From Monocercomonoides exilis PA203 (Eukaryota > Protista > Preaxostyla): DNA of 64,000 nucleotides. Positions 49,665-63,487 of the stretch are shown piece by piece. Under the pieces are notes generated by a model. That model was not told the origin of the DNA, made no database searches, and saw only the letters and a program-made list of their open reading frames with translations. The translations under genes and the position numbers were made by a program. The stretch lies in contig LSRY02000036.1 in NCBI GenBank assembly GCA_001643675.2, positions 744,001-808,000 on the forward strand. The letters run 5' to 3'. Every line of letters begins with the position of its first letter. Position 1 is the stretch's first letter.

Positions 49665-52600
49665 TGATGAATATTGTTTACTGTTGTTCTGAGTGAGTGA
49701 AGCAGGACGCATCAGAAACGGGGAGTTGAATGAAGAGAGCATCGAAGAAGAAAACGAAGATGGAATCTGATGTGGATGTGTGTGTATCAACTGCTCTGTT
49801 TTCATCTCCTTTTCGCTTCTGCCTTCCTTTTCTATGTCTTCTTTCCCCTCAGAAATCACTTGAGGTTCTCTATTTGTTGTATGTGGTGTGTCTTTTGCAT
49901 CTTTCCTGTATGAATCGCCTGTAATGAAGAGGCGGAAATTTTTGTTGTGCACGACGAGCAGGTAGAGAAGAAGGAGGTGCAATTCTGACTGGCATGTGGT
50001 GAGCTTCAGAAGAAGACGTGTGAAGTGCAACTCGGCTAGCGGGGATGTGGAGGTTGATTTGAGCAATGAAGAGGAAGAGGAGGAAGAGGAGGAAGAGGAA
50101 GAAGAAGAAGACGATGAAGATGAAGTGTCTGAAAGAGAAGTGGCTGCAGCGAATGCATCGACTGCTCCTTCGATTGTGGAAGAGAACGGCTCGTTTGCTG
50201 AAAGCATCGGCGTCTGTCCAAAGAGACTTGGAGAAGATGTCTTTGGAATATTCAATGAAACCTGATCTGCTTGTTCGTTTTCCTCTTCTCCTTTCTCTTC
50301 TCCTTCTCCCTCTTCTTCTTCTCCCTTGTTGTCTCTTCTCTCATTCTCCTCACCCTCTCCTCTTCTTCTCCCTTCCTCTGCATTCTGCACAGGTCTGATG
50401 CTGCACTGGCAGAGCAGCAGAATCAGCGCCAGCGCTCGAAAGCCGATCGGATCAGCACTCGCAGCGAGGATCGGATGGACTGTCTGTGTGCAGACAGACG
50501 CCAGCCAGCAGACAAATGGATGGAGTGTAGAAGAAGGAAGGGAGGTGGAAGAGAAAGAAGAAGAGGATGAAGAAGAAGAAGAAGGGGAATGAGAACGAGA
50601 GCGAGAGCGGGATCGTGACTGTGATGGTGAACGTGAGCGAGAACGAGACTTCTCGTTTGACAAGTGCAGCAGCGGAGATATAGTTCTTGTTATATTCTGT
50701 TGGCTGTTTGAATTCTTCGGTGTGTGTGTGAGTGGGCGTGTAGGCAGCATTGCCAGAGAACCAGGAAAATGCCCCGATGATTGAGGATTGAAGGTGTCCA
50801 GTGCTGTCACTGCCAGCCCTCCCCTTGTGTCGTCAAATGCATCACATCCAAAAAGACTGCTTCCGAATTCGTCACCTTCACGTGCCTCTGCTTCAGCGCC
50901 TTCGCCTTTTCTGTCACCGCCCAAAATCATGCGAAATGCACGCATTGAGGCCTTCACGTTGCTCCAAATGGAGGTTGCACCTGTAGATTGATAAGATGAG
51001 GAGGAGGAAGAGGAAGAAGAGGAAGATGATGATGATGAATTGTATGAAGACTGAGAAGAATAAGACGAGCGAGAAGAAAGCGGTGGGGTGGATGAATGCG
51101 ATGTGTATGATGCGAGTGAAGGGAACTGCTGGACGAGAGAGACAAATGCGAAGAGAGGAAGAGACTGTGGCGTGGGGGTGGAGTGGTCAGATGCTAAGTA
51201 TGCAGGAATGGCAGACGATGGAGGGAGGTTAGAGAGCGCGTTCTCAATGGCATAGTACAATGACTGCTCTGTCTGTGCCAGGAGTGCTGTTGACTCAGCA
51301 TCTGCACACAAGGCGTCATCACCTTCATCCCCATCGCTGCCTTCAGAGCTCTCCGCATTCTCCATTGTGAACCACGACAGCTGCCGGCATGCATCGCCTG
51401 CTCCATTTCCGAATTCTTCAATGAGATCCAACAAAAGTCTGCCAAAGTTTGAGGCTTGTGCAGTTTTTCCATTGGAGAAAGAAGAAGAAGAAGAAGAAGA
51501 AAATGACTGCCCTGATAGTTTTGATGCTGATGATGCTGTTAGTGATGAGTATGAAGACTGCCGAGGGAGAATAATCCCATTGCGAGAATAAGGCAGCATC
51601 CGCTGAGAAGACGAGGATGAGCTTAAGTCTGAGCGAAATGACGAACCAGCAGCAGCAGAAGAAGAACCATAAGAAGAGCTGCCCTGTGGCTGCGCCTTTG
51701 TCTCCTTCAGCAGATTTGCAATCTCTGAAAGAGAAGTGACGCTGAGTGACTGAGTGAAAGGCGTGGGCGACTGCCGTGTCTCCAAAATGCCCAGAACCAA
51801 ATAGACAACGTGAAGTTGTTGTGGCGTGAGGGTTGTGCCGAGCGAGGGGAGGAATGAGCTGATGATGGGAAACGATTTGTATGCAGCATCGTCGGGGGGC
51901 ACTGAAGGAGATAGGGAGGAATGACTTTGTGTGTTGGATGGGCGGGAAGAAGGAGAGGAATAAGACATGAAAGAAGAAGCAGATTGAGCTTTCGATTGCA
52001 TTGGAATTGTTGAGCCTCTCGTTGAGCCTGGCAAGAATGAAGGAAGTTGTGTTTCTGCTGATGAAGAATGGAAAGATATCGTTGAATTTATTTGCTGCTT
52101 GCGAAGCGTTTCAATCCATTCTGCCTCCACCTTCCCTTCGTGAGAAGCCTTGTTTGCAGCGAATAGTGGAAGGAGCATGAGCATCAGGGCAGAAGCAAAT
52201 AATCCCTGTGTCAGTGCATAGCCGGTGAGAGACGGGAGTAACGTCCATTGAGAAGGGGGAAGCGGAGGCGAACACAATAAAGACAACAACGAGTTTGCTA
52301 GTTCTGTTGATCTGTGATGGCATGCAAACAATAAATACGGTGGTAAAGGTGAAATGTGAGGAAGCGATGGGTATATAATTGCCTCTTGTAAGTGTATACT
52401 TTGCCTTTGAATTGTGTTTGGGTTTGGGTATTTTAAAGCTGAAGTGTTAAGCTGTGGTGTTAACAAAAGAAGCAACACATCCAACGTCGCTTGATGTAGA
52501 GGTGCAAGTTGTGGGGTTATCGATACATCTACGAGATAATCAATCATCACGTCAACAAGCTTTGCAACTTCTGTTCCATTTGGAGATGGGACAATAAAGC

Positions 52601-53165
52601 TTCCTCGAGCAATTCCTCGTGACTCCACTCTCTGTGTTGATCTTTCGTAATCAAAGGAGTGAAATGAGTCCTCCGAAAGAAAAGTTGAGCATGCATCAAT
52701 AGGAAGTTTTGAAGAGATATATTGCATGTAAAACCAACAGAAAAATAGTAAGTTTGTCAGGGAAAGAGGAACAAAAGAATCGTGAAATAGATCGAAAGAT
52801 TTTGGAGCAGTAGAATCGGTAGCATTTTCTCCTACTTCAAAAGATGTAACACATTTCGGAAGTAATTGACGGTATCTTGCAATTAAAGTTATTAAAAGAG
52901 TATTAAAATTGTGCGTTGATATGTTATTTTGAACTAGCATTTCTCCATGATTTTCAAAGCATTGCAATAATTCGAGTAATGAAGTTGCAGATATTTGCAT
53001 TCTCAAAGTTTCTAACTGTTCCCAGACAACATGAGTCACTGGTAAAGGGATTGGACCACAAATTTGAGAAGAAAGAGTAATAAAAGATTCCACAGAATTG
53101 AACAATGGAGCAGTTCCTAATTGATTCAATCTGTAAGATGGATTTTTTTGGATATAAAAATCCAT
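45783..53165 (-). CDS. DYM: Dymeclin (DYM/HID1 superfamily) homolog with very long Ser-rich insertions, 2460 aa
   Basis: Dymeclin-like blocks: LVQNNISTHNFNTL, LLLLYLLVVHNKNFRLFI, VLVNATRNSRQLHP, RNPHLVCLLIYHRSSF..INNIRLVISHF, and YTFEETGPVGEFLVPFVWRCV. Confidence 0.8.
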
Positions 53166-53774
53166 TTTTTCTCGTCTGTATCTTCGCTAAAAAACAATGT
53201 TTGCAAGTTTATTATTTGATCATAACCTTTATATTTTGTTTGCAGAATTTTTCTAAGTGATTCTCGAATCATAATAAGAAATTTTTTAATTCGAAACGAA
53301 TTAACAATTAATTAACGTCCTTCAATGATTTGTTTGAAATCATTTTTCCACATTTCAAACTTGAAAATGAACTTTTTATAACTTGAAAAAATTATTTTTT
53401 AAAATTCCATATGTTTTTCTTTGATAAAGAAATGGGGGAAAATACGGACTTTCAAGCTTTTTTTGCACAAAGTGCAAAAAAACTACCTCACTCATAACTT
53501 TGTTTCGCTTTCTCAGATTTCAAAATAAATTAAATTTTCATAACTGCAAACAAACATCATTGAAATAAAAACATCAGGTTTTCCAACATTTCACAAATAA
53601 CAAAAAATGGAACCATTTTTGTTGTGTTTTTTTAATCCAAAAAAGTCAATGAAATGAGCAAAAATTTTCAATGAAAAAGCTTAAAGAAAAAAATTTTGTC
53701 CCAAATATTTTTTTTCAAATTTTTTCTTTAATAAAATCGCTTATCGTTATTTCCTAGATATCTGAAATGAACAT

Positions 53775-54035
53775 GGGTGATAATTTTTGAAATCATATTT
53801 TTAAACATTCATAATTGTCAGTTCAAGAATTTTCCTTGAATATTTGTTCATAAACACTGAAAAGAAACAAGCCTATTCAAGAGATCATCATCTTTATTAC
53901 AGCTCACACATTTGTTTTTTAAACAGTAATGTTGAGTTTTATATTTGAATACAAAATCTCTTCTCAATAACAAACGATTCTTGAAAAAACAATTCCAAAA
54001 AAAAAAAAAAGTTATGATTTCAAACATTATCACCC
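53775..54035. mobile_element. MITE, 261 bp, 23-bp TIR GGGTGATAAT(T/G)TTTGAAATCATA, 4-bp TSD ACAT
   Basis: ACAT|GGGTGATAATTTTTGAAATCATA ... TATGATTTCAAACATTATCACCC|ACAT. Confidence 0.85.
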
Positions 54036-55316
54036 ACATGTGTCACTTTGTGACTATTGAAAGACAAAATTTATTTCCTGACGGACTGAGATATAGATTT
54101 CAATTCCGAACCTCAATAAAGAGAACAACTATTTTTGAATGCAAATATAATAAAATATTAATCAAATATGCGAAAAATTGAAATACGTTTTTAAAAAGGC
54201 TATTGACAAAAAGACATATTTGGAAATTTTTGATCATCGGTCAGTCAGCAACAGTCAATGGAGTCAGTATCTGGTGGAGAAGAAATTTTTATTTTATTTA
54301 TGAAAAAAGGTGAAGTTTTAAGAATATAATAGAAAGAAGAATTCAATAAATATTTATTTATTTAAAAAATACTTCAATAAATTCACAAAATTAAATATTT
54401 TTGAAAAACCATAACTGTCTTGGATTTTCAATTACTAACGGACGTGATATATGCTTTTTTGTCTGTAACACATGTTTGGTTTGAAATTTTCAAAACAATT
54501 TGAAATATTATTATTTTTGTTTCCAGTTATCTCACACAAAATTTCTTTATTTGTCGAATTTTTTCAAAAAAGAACCTTTTGATTAATTTTCGAATAAAAA
54601 TAAAAATTTCATATTTTTTTATTATATTTCTGTTTCCCCTTACGAAGCTTCACTTAAATAAAAACAATAACATTGTCAATTTTTTTTTATCACGATTATA
54701 AAATTTGGAGAATGAGAACAGTAATTTGAGAGAAATATGAAATTTTTTTTTTATTTGAAAATAAGTCAAAAGAGAATTTTCATAAAAATAAATTCCGACA
54801 CTTGAGAATTAACCAGATTTCATATAAAATTAGTTGTCGAATGACAAGTTGTAATTGTTGTTGGAAAATTTAATTATTTAAATAATAATGAGTGATTATT
54901 CCATTGATTTTGGTGAAATGTTGAATTGTGTTGAAATTAAGACCCAACAATCGAATAATCAAACACAAACAAAAACAAAAACTAAACGAAACCATATAAA
55001 AAACAAAGCAAAATAAAACAAAGCGAAAAAATTTTTTTATTTCATTTATAATAATTATTATAATAATTAAAACAACAAAATGGTAATATTAAACAGATGA
55101 AAAAATAAAACAATATCAGAAATCTGATGGCATATGCATTTATGAACATTTTTCAAAGAATCTTGGCCACAAACTTCAACAGAACACACGCTGAAAAAAA
55201 TATGGGTATTGTCACATTTGAGTTGAAAAATGGGTGATAAAATTTGTTGATTATTTCGATATTTTTCTGAATCAAGTGTGTTTTTGAGAACACCGAATCC
55301 TCTTTGAGTTATTGAA

Positions 55317-58300
55317 ATGCATGTATTCTTATCTGTTATTTCTTTTCTGTTTTTTCTTTCATTTTCAACAGTCGGAAACAGTTTGTAATTTTTATAAAAA
55401 AGATTATAATTTATTTATTTTATTTTGTTTTTTTTACACATCGATTTAAGTATCAACTGAAAGGAACATATTTATTAAATCAGAAAGTTTTAAAAAAAAT
55501 AGTTGTTATTATGATAATTTCCAAACTACCATTTCAACAAATGAGGAGTATTTATTCAACATTTTCAACTGTTCAACTCATCTTCATTTCTTTCAATTTG
55601 TATCCGAAGAATATGGAAGCGTTGCACAGATCGATCCAATAACAGTTTTAAGTGTTTCAACAAGTACCATTATAAACTCACCTTTCAGTCACACCCCATT
55701 TTTTACAAATGGAGGATTAATCCACTTAAAGAACATCTCTTTTTTCAATCATATGCCCAATTCAATCTGCCAATCAATCATTACTGGTGAAATTCAAAAT
55801 AAAGATTCAAAGAATCATTGCTCTGTTTCACTTTCTCATTCCTCATTCAATTCTCATCGAATTGATTCTCCTCCATTTGTGAGTTCCACAGATGCATATT
55901 CTTTATCCATCACAAACTGTTTTTTTTTAAATCTAACATCTCAAAGTGCGAAACGAAATATCCCTTCCAAAGAGTATGAAAACGTAGAAATAACTTCAAC
56001 TAATATTATAAACTGCATTAATCCTTATAACGGATTGATAGTCACACCAGCCCAATCTTCATTCATTTGCAACAATTCATCATTTGATAAGTGTAGTGCA
56101 AACATTTCAACAAAGATTTCTTATTCATCCGGAAACAACTCCTTTAACGATGATTTCTTTTCTATCAGTTGTTCTGGGAATGGAGGAGCTATTGAATGTA
56201 ATCAAAATGCTTCGTTGAATATTTATAACTGTCATTTTGATAAATGCAATTCCACAAATTATGGAGGAGCCATTAGCTTTGAATCAATAACAGGTTCATT
56301 TTTGTGTGATCATTGCATTTTCACAAATTGCTTCTCAAACGAAGGAGGCGCTATTAATTATTTGAATAATAAACAATCAACAACTCAATCAACATTGTTT
56401 TCAACAAATAGTGGAAACGGAAAAGGGCATATTATAATGGGCTATTTACAGAGTGGATCTCATTTATTTCAATCGAATATTTTTGAAAAAGGCGAATGCC
56501 ACAAAGAGTATACTGGAGCATTTCACACATATAACATCAATTCCAGCATTATCCTCTCAAATAACCTATTCCAACATAATACAGCAAAAACGTTTGCACC
56601 TTGCATATTACTTGGGCAACAAGGCGATAATGAAAAATTTTCATTTCAATGTACATTTTGCTTCTTCCAGAATAACACTGCACCTCAACAAAGTGGAATG
56701 GATGTTCACATCACACAATACATTGCTTCAAATTCTTTAACAAAAGATAATTTTGTTGAATGTTATTCTTTGTCCCAAGGAACAAGAGTCGTTCGATGTA
56801 TCACACAAAACTGGTACACATGCAAGGATTCAGAGACACTCGATTGGCTTCCAGATTATCAAACAGATTTTCAGATCAGAGCTCATTTCAGTGAAGGAAT
56901 AAATCATGATGACTGTGGTTTGGTACCTTCTTGCAAAACTCTGAAATATTCTCTAACAAGAAACACTATGAGCGCAAACATTACAATCCTTGCAGATTCC
57001 TGTGAATTCTGCGAAGAAACAATTGAAGTTGGTTCAGGACTTGCTTCAATTGCAGGGCATTCCAGAGAAGAAACAATCATCAGATCCCTCGAAGGAAATA
57101 GTGTTTTCACGGTGGAAACTGGCACTTTGGATATTAACAACTGCCACGTGAAGCATATGGATGGAGTCAATGGTTCGTGCAATTCTTTTTTAGAGATGAG
57201 TGGAAACGGAAAAACAACTGTGAAGAAATGCGACGTTTCTTGTGTTGATGAAGAGAATGAAGTTCACTCGAGTGCATTTAAAATGAATGCAGGATATACC
57301 CTTTTGGAAGAAGTGAGAATGTTTGAGATGAGATTCTCCAGTTGCAGTGCAATTGCTTTTGAACAGGAAGCAGAAACATTTGTATTGGAGATTATTTTGA
57401 CAAACTTTAGCAAATTAACAAGATCAAATGGAGATGGGTCGATCGCTGAAGGAAAATTGTCCTCTGGAGGAAAGATAATTGTATCAAATTGCATGCTGGA
57501 AGAAAGTGTGTGCGAAGATGGTAATGGAGGGGCATTGAACATTAATGTGGAAGATGATGGGAAAATTGAAGTTAACGGAACAGAATACACAAAGTTTTCA
57601 AAATGTAGAGCTCAGAATGCTCAGAGTGGACAAACCAGACAAAGTGGATATGGAGGAGGAATTTATGTTTATTTCTCTGATTCATCTCACTCAATTTCGT
57701 TGACAAATGTTTCATTCGAAGAGTGCGGTGCACTGGTGGGCTCTGATATGTTCATTAATGGAAATGTTTTGAAAGAAATTGTGAGCAATGATACTTTTAA
57801 TTTTTCTCTTGACATGAACAACCTGTCAGCGTTGAGCGGGATGGAAAGATCAGCAAGCTCAACAGTCATATTTCCACTTGTATATTTCTTTCGCCAATTG
57901 AACGGTTCAGCGCATGTGAATGGAAGTGAAGGAACAGATTTTAGTGGTTGTGGCTATATTGACTGTCCTTGCAAAACAATTGAAGCAGCCGCACTGCGCT
58001 TTCATGATCAAAAGAGGATGATTTTTTTGCGTCAAGGTTTTATTTTCGATCATGAAGTTCATTTAGAAGATCATGAATATGTAATTGGAGAAGAGAATCT
58101 GTCAGTTTCCATTAGGATAGATGGAAGTTCCGAAAAGAAATCTGATGAACTGTTGCTTGTATCTATTTCAACAACTTTGGATGGAATCTCTTTTATTCTT
58201 CCATCCTCTCTCAATCAACGATCTTCATTAATCCGTTCCTCTTTTGATTTGTCCAGTCCTTCCACTCTTTCCATCAAGAAATGTTCATTTCTTCTTTATA

Positions 58301-61300
58301 CACCAGAAGTTATATCTTACGAATTGACCTATTCGCTTCTGTCTGCAACTGGAGGAAATCTCATCATTGAAAGAGTTTCTGCGTCAAACCTGATTTTTGG
58401 AAGATGCTCTGCTTTAACTGTTTTATTAGTAACACTGAATATCACAGAAATGACTCTGTATAAAACACAGGCAACTTCAATTTGTGGATTGATTTCTCTT
58501 GGGAAAGAAAAATTATTCTCTTCAGTCATTTCATCACCAAATGCCTTCATCGACAAAATGCCCGAATCAACTGATATCCTTGTGAATAATTCAAACTTTA
58601 TCAGTTGTGAAGCTCAAAACTCGTTGAATGGAGGCTGCACGTTTATAGAGTACCGCGAAGGAATGAAGTTAGAGATCAAAGACTCTGTTTTTATGCAGTG
58701 TAAAGCACCAAGAGGAAAAGGAGGCGGGGTGTATCTGAACTGCGGTTGTGAAGGTGAATTGTCATTTCAGTTCACGGACGACGTATTCAACATGAACGAT
58801 GCATTGAGCGGCAGAGACATTTTTGTGTATTGCACAAGCCTTGAAGCGCAAATCAACGAGAAACAGTTCAATTTCTGCATGGAAGAACCTATGTATAACA
58901 CAAAAAATGCTATCTTCGGTTCCGATATTCAAAGAGGGGCAGACGAAGAAGATGTGAACATCATTGATCTTATCTTGCGCTATCTGAGCGATCTGATATT
59001 CATCGGCAGCGAGCTAAATGGCGGAACAATTCTGAAGGACTGCGGACGCTCAACTGTGCCTTGCCTCACACTGAATCATGGGCTGGGACATCTGATGCAG
59101 TCTTTTGAAAGTCGGATTGTTGTGAACGGAAGCAGCACAATCAGCAGTGAATGCAACCTCCAAGATCTCAGCATACGCAGTATCTCCAAGGCAAAAACAT
59201 CTCTTCACGTCAACTCTGATATCAATCGCACTCGAGACAGCTTGATGCACTGCGCAGGAATTGTCAGGATAGAAAGCCAGAACTTCATCTTTGAAAAGTC
59301 CTTCAGATCACTTCACCTGGCTTTCTTCTTTTTCAACTCTGGTGAGGCAATATTCACAAATTGCTCGTTTAGGCCTGCTGAAGCTGAATCTGTTCCAAAT
59401 ATTCTACCAGATACAATGGCTTCAATCCCTTTCATTCTCATGCTCGTAGATTCATCAGATGCAATTTTACAGTCATGCGAGCTGGAAGACTCCAGCTGCA
59501 AAAACTCATGCTTCATCTGCAAGAATTCAGCAAAACTCCAAATCCAAGATTTCTTATGTAGACGAATTGTGCTCAATTCTGCTCTTGTGATAGATATGGC
59601 AAGTACCGAACTGTCTCACATTTGCCTTGACACTGTCACCTGCATGACATCAATATTTGAGTCCAAAGGGCTAAATAAAAACACCTCTCTCGAATGGATC
59701 GATGCCAGAAATATAACATTGAAGAAAGGAAGCGTTTTTTCAGTGTATGATGCAGTTCAGACAGAACAGAAACAGCCTTTTGTCAGGAAAAATATGTCTT
59801 TTTCTTCGTTCAGAAATGTCACAAGCTCTGATAGTTCTTCAACAATTTTCACGTTTGCATCTCGAAGTTGTGAAGTTTTCTTGCAGAACTGTAGCTGTTC
59901 TTTGAGTTCATCATCTGGTGACAAAGGTCAAATTGCTTCATTTTCGTCGCTTCCGAAACTCAAATTGGATTCGTGCACATTTGATGGGGCATCAATCAAA
60001 GAAAACGAAGCTTGTCTTCATGAAAGAAATCATGTTGATTTATTTCACAATGATGCTTCAAATCATTCCGAAAATGAAATGAGCCTCAATCCACAAAGAA
60101 GCAAGATTTCATCTTCAACTGTTTCAGAAATATGCAGCTGGAACTCGTCGATTGTGGATATAACTTGCTGCTCAGTTGAAGACGTTGACTCTTCATTCGT
60201 CAATGCCCCATCTGGAGCATTATCAGTATCAGGTGGAGATATTCGACTGAAAAAAGTGGAGTTCAGAAACAATTCACCATCAATTCATTTCTATGAATCT
60301 GCCCGAAGAAATATTCTCTGTGAAGATGCTGCACAGATTGATGTGGAAAGTTTGAAAAAAGATGATGAAGCAGCAAGTAGATCTTCGTCGTGGATCCTAA
60401 ATAATGGTTGCAATCTATCTGGCATTCCATCGCTTATGGCTTCTCCCTTTTTCATTCCTGTTCTTCATTCAATTCGAGCACAACAATCGGAAAATGAAAT
60501 CGAATTGTTCTTCGCTGGTTCTCTTCTTCTTCCTTGCAATCTTTCTTTCCAAATAATAATTTGTTCAGAAAATGAAGAACATATTGAAACATATAATTTT
60601 GTTGTTGATGATTATGTATCAGAAAATGAAATCCATTCCTCAATTACTTCTTCAGACTTTGCTTCAATAACAGGAAACACTGAAGTGAGAGCATGTATTC
60701 TGTTTGGGAGTGCAGAATCTCCTTCATCAACACAGTCATTCGTTCTGAAAAATAAAAGCGAAGCAAATGCGAATGGAAATGAAAGGATTGCCGAAGGAGG
60801 AAAAGAAGGGAAATCGTATTGGTTGTTGATTGTTGTTGTGCTTGTTGTGATATTATTGATTGTCCTTATTGGATTTATTTTGTTTGTAATTCGATGGAAG
60901 AAGGTGAAGAATGAAGCAGAAGATCTGAGAGAGATTGTGAACGATAACATCAGAAAGGATCCGAAGGCGTTTGAGATGGTGACGATGGAGATGTCACCAG
61001 AGGAGCAGTGGAGGAGAGCAGAGAGGGAGGCAGAGAAGAAGAACGATGAGAGAATCAAGAAGAGGGTGTATGCGAAAAGTTTGGGACATTCAGAGTCATC
61101 GGAACATCTTCTGTCTGAGAGTAGATCGACTGAATACATATTGGGGAGAGACTCAGACAAGATTCCTCAATGGATGCTAGAGAAGGTTGATGAAGAAGAA
61201 GATGAGGAAACAAGAAAAAGAACCCCATCGCCATCCATTTCATCCACTTCGACAACAGACACTTCAGACACAGAATCCACTTTTGTTCGAGGGGAGGATT

Positions 61301-62166
61301 TGTGTCCAACCACTTCATCAATGTCGAATCTGGTGGATGCGATGGCCTGTTCATCTCCTCATGAGAAATTGATTGTGGATCTGAGGGATTCGCTGTTCAT
61401 GCTGCTTCATGGGAAGAACGAGAAGAAGGAGATGGCGATAGGCACTCTGAAGGAAAGAGAGCAGACAGCTGCCCAGGTCTTGTTCTGGGTGGCCAATCTC
61501 GCCCTCCACTCATTTTCCGAGATGGACAACCCTCTTCAGTCACTTGTCAATCTGAGCCCACACATTGTGCTGTTCTCTGAGCACATGGTCATCTGCATTG
61601 TGATGCACTCCGACTTCTCATCTGACGATGATTCCGATTCATCCTCAATATCTTCCTCAACCGTTGTCACATCAGCAAGTGATGATAATGAGGAGGAGGA
61701 TGACTCTCTGCCCTCATCTGCATTTGAGGATGAGGACGACAATTTCAAGAAAGAGTGTCTGAGGTGGAAGGCGCCAGAGCTGCAGATGAACAAGAAGATG
61801 GGGGCAACAGAGAAGTCGGTGGCATTCTCGATCGGGATGATGCTGTGGGAGTGCCTGACGCTCCAGATCCCGTTTGGGGAGTATGAGGCAGAGGCAGCTG
61901 GGCAGAAGATCGTGAATGGGGAGAGGCCGAACATAGAGATAATCAGCGAATCGCGGATGAAAGGAATGGTTGAAAAGGCGATGAGCATGAACGCAGAGCA
62001 TCGCCATTCTTTGACACAGATCAAGCGGGAGTTTGTGGAATTATTTCCTCAAAGTGCAATGATATTCACAATAACTGATGCTATATGCTTGGAAGAGCAA
62101 AATAGCAACATTGATTCAATGATCGAAAGACATTCATCTCAGACTTCTGCTTTGAAAAAAGATTAA
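55317..62166 (+). CDS. Large beta-helix receptor-like membrane protein with C-terminal degenerate kinase (pseudokinase) domain; exons 55317-55380 and 55484-62166
   Basis: A signal-peptide exon (MHVFLSVISFLFFLSFSTVG) splices in phase 1 onto a frame open into the 2137 aa ORF. GGAI repeats and TM helix YWLLIVVVLVVILLIVLIGFILFVI precede kinase C-lobe motifs LRWKAPEL, KSVAFSIGMMLWECLTLQIPF and GERP. No HRD or DFG is present. Confidence 0.87.
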
Positions 62167-63487
62167 CCAATGTTGTCTTTCAAAAAGAGTTAATCTATTC
62201 AAAAATGCAAGTACGATTTCATAGATTTCATCCTTTTCTCTGAATATATGAGAAAAATCTTCTGGTTTTTATCCAATTTGTTTGTTGCTATTAGACTTTG
62301 TTAATTTCGTAATTTTTTTATTTGTTGAAGCAGTAAAAAGCTTCTTGAAGAAAATTTGTAAATATAATTCTGTATAACTTTTGTATTACTGCGTCATTTA
62401 CGTAATGTTTTCATGGTTGCCGTTAGCACTTCAAAAGACGAAGCAACTTTCTTTTTTCATGAGAAAAAATTTTCTTCTCTTTCTGCTTGTGCTATCTCTG
62501 ATGAGATACTCGAGCCTATGGACATTATATCAATATGAAAATCTCTGTTTTTCTTTGTTTATTCAGCTGCAGATGATGTAGGACAATTAATTGATTATTG
62601 TCGGAATAAATTTTCAAAAATTCGTAATCAATGCTGATATCACACAATTATTGATATTCATTTTTTCCCTAATGACCATTGAAATTTCTTTCCTTTCGTT
62701 CGAATGATTCTCAAATAAGTAAGAGGGTTCATTTTTTAGTCTCTTCCATATGTGCAAAGATCTCTTTCAGAGACAAACCCGACCAGAATAAAAAACGTTC
62801 TGTTTTGTCATCAGACAATAATTCGACTTTAAATACCACATCTTGTATAAGAGATGCAATAAAAGCGCATAGTGGACAAGTTTGAAACATGTGATTTCAC
62901 AAATCTTGATTCAAACGTTCAAAAACGTCTTTCATGAAAAGTTAATAATTGAACCTTTGCAAACCTTCAGATAATTTCCAAAACATATTGCACATTTAAA
63001 TCATATAATTGAAACATTGCCACATTAACTTGTATGTATTTAATCAGCGCATTAGCAAGAAAATCGATATTTATCATTTGTTGTTTTAAAAATTTCGTTA
63101 TGGAACGTCAAAAACATTTATAACTAATTTCATCATTTGCATTAAAGTACTTCATATTCTAGCTAGAAATTATTATCCATCTTTTATGACAAATAATTTT
63201 ATGAACAGATTTTTTTTTTTTTAATAAGAAAATTTATTTTCTCAAGAAATTGCATAGAGTCAAATTAATTCATTTCTAAAAAGTAAAGGTCAAATAAAGG
63301 CATAAGTGCTTCATCACTCTCCTAGAAAAGAAAATGATTTCTCCCTCTTTTCAAAAAATTTTATTAAACAAATGAATTGACACTTAAACCAAAACTTTTA
63401 ATAAAAAATTATAAAAAAATTAACAACAAGACATTACTGCAAACGAAAATGAATTTTTAAATTGCTTGCTGAAGATCTATTCCATTT

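Noticed and set aside
45983-52323. Numerous short ORFs overlapping the dymeclin gene (and similar ones over USP and CLC)
   Set aside because: They are low-complexity antisense or off-frame shadows with no independent motifs.
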